From positions 28,550,392 to 28,614,391 of the forward strand of contig NC_081386.1 of assembly GCF_030684315.1 (NCBI RefSeq): a stretch of DNA of 64,000 bases, read 5' to 3'. Positions within the stretch are counted from its first letter, which is position 1; each line of letters opens with the position of its first letter. This DNA is from Stegostoma tigrinum (Eukaryota). Positions 63,793 through 64,000 of the stretch are shown piece by piece. The translations under genes and the position numbers were made by a program. The notes below the pieces were generated by a model. That model did not search any database, was not told the DNA's origin, and saw only the letters and a program-made list of their open reading frames with translations.

Positions 63793-63938
63793 TACAACGT
63801 ATCTAGCTCTCTGATGAAGGGTCTAGGCCCGAAACGTCAGCTTTTGTGCTCCTGAGATGCTGCTTGGCCTGCTGTGTTCATCCAGCCCCACATTTTATTA
63901 TCTTGGAATCTCCAGCATCTGCAGTTCCCATTATCTCT
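63793..63938 (+). mobile_element. Young Penelope pLTR-derived insertion with target duplication
   Basis: Flanks GTATCTACAC at 63783-63792 and 63939-63948; homologous to the pLTR ends of 30232-34165. Confidence 0.85.
63805..63843 (+). ncRNA. Minimal hammerhead ribozyme-like motif with intact core
   Basis: CTGATGA (63811)-A-GGGTC-ta-GGCCC-GAAA (63831)-C-GTC; palindromic ACGT in place of stem III; stem I weak. Confidence 0.6.
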
Positions 63939-64000
63939 GTATCTACACACTGATGAGCTTTGCAGAGCTTCCTTACAGCAGCACAGCTTTGAGGGAGTAT

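Overview
Vertebrate genomic DNA, most likely from a cartilaginous fish (inferred from HE1/V-SINE-like SINEs and HER1/CR1-type LINE tails). Two DEDDh 3'-5' exonuclease genes lie in tandem on +: AEN (coding exons 20926-21699, 23957-24157, 27748-27951; 392 aa) and ISG20 (45479-45709, 47959-48159, 53557-53706; 193 aa), with identical intron positions and phases. The last exon of a divergent TMED3/TMED7-type p24 gene lies on - (61901-62137), and there is a candidate first exon/promoter of a divergently transcribed gene near 11.3-11.7 kb. The rest is dense with decayed retroelements: CR1 LINEs, SINEs, an internally deleted Gypsy element with solo LTRs, and a near-full-length Penelope-like element (RT + GIY-YIG, tandem pLTRs). 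The most unusual signal is a set of at least four short Penelope-type repeat families carrying minimal hammerhead-ribozyme motifs, several inserted as palindromes. One is a 149-bp-arm hairpin in AEN intron 3 whose only three arm mismatches all fall in the hammerhead core of the copy on the AEN sense strand. Other points of note: an 11x CCAAT array at the AEN promoter, a CR1 inserted into the AEN exon-4 polypyrimidine tract, an ISRE/TATA candidate promoter for ISG20, and an E-box minisatellite. All identifications come from reading the sequence and recalled family motifs; no searches or folding were run. Repeat boundaries are approximate.
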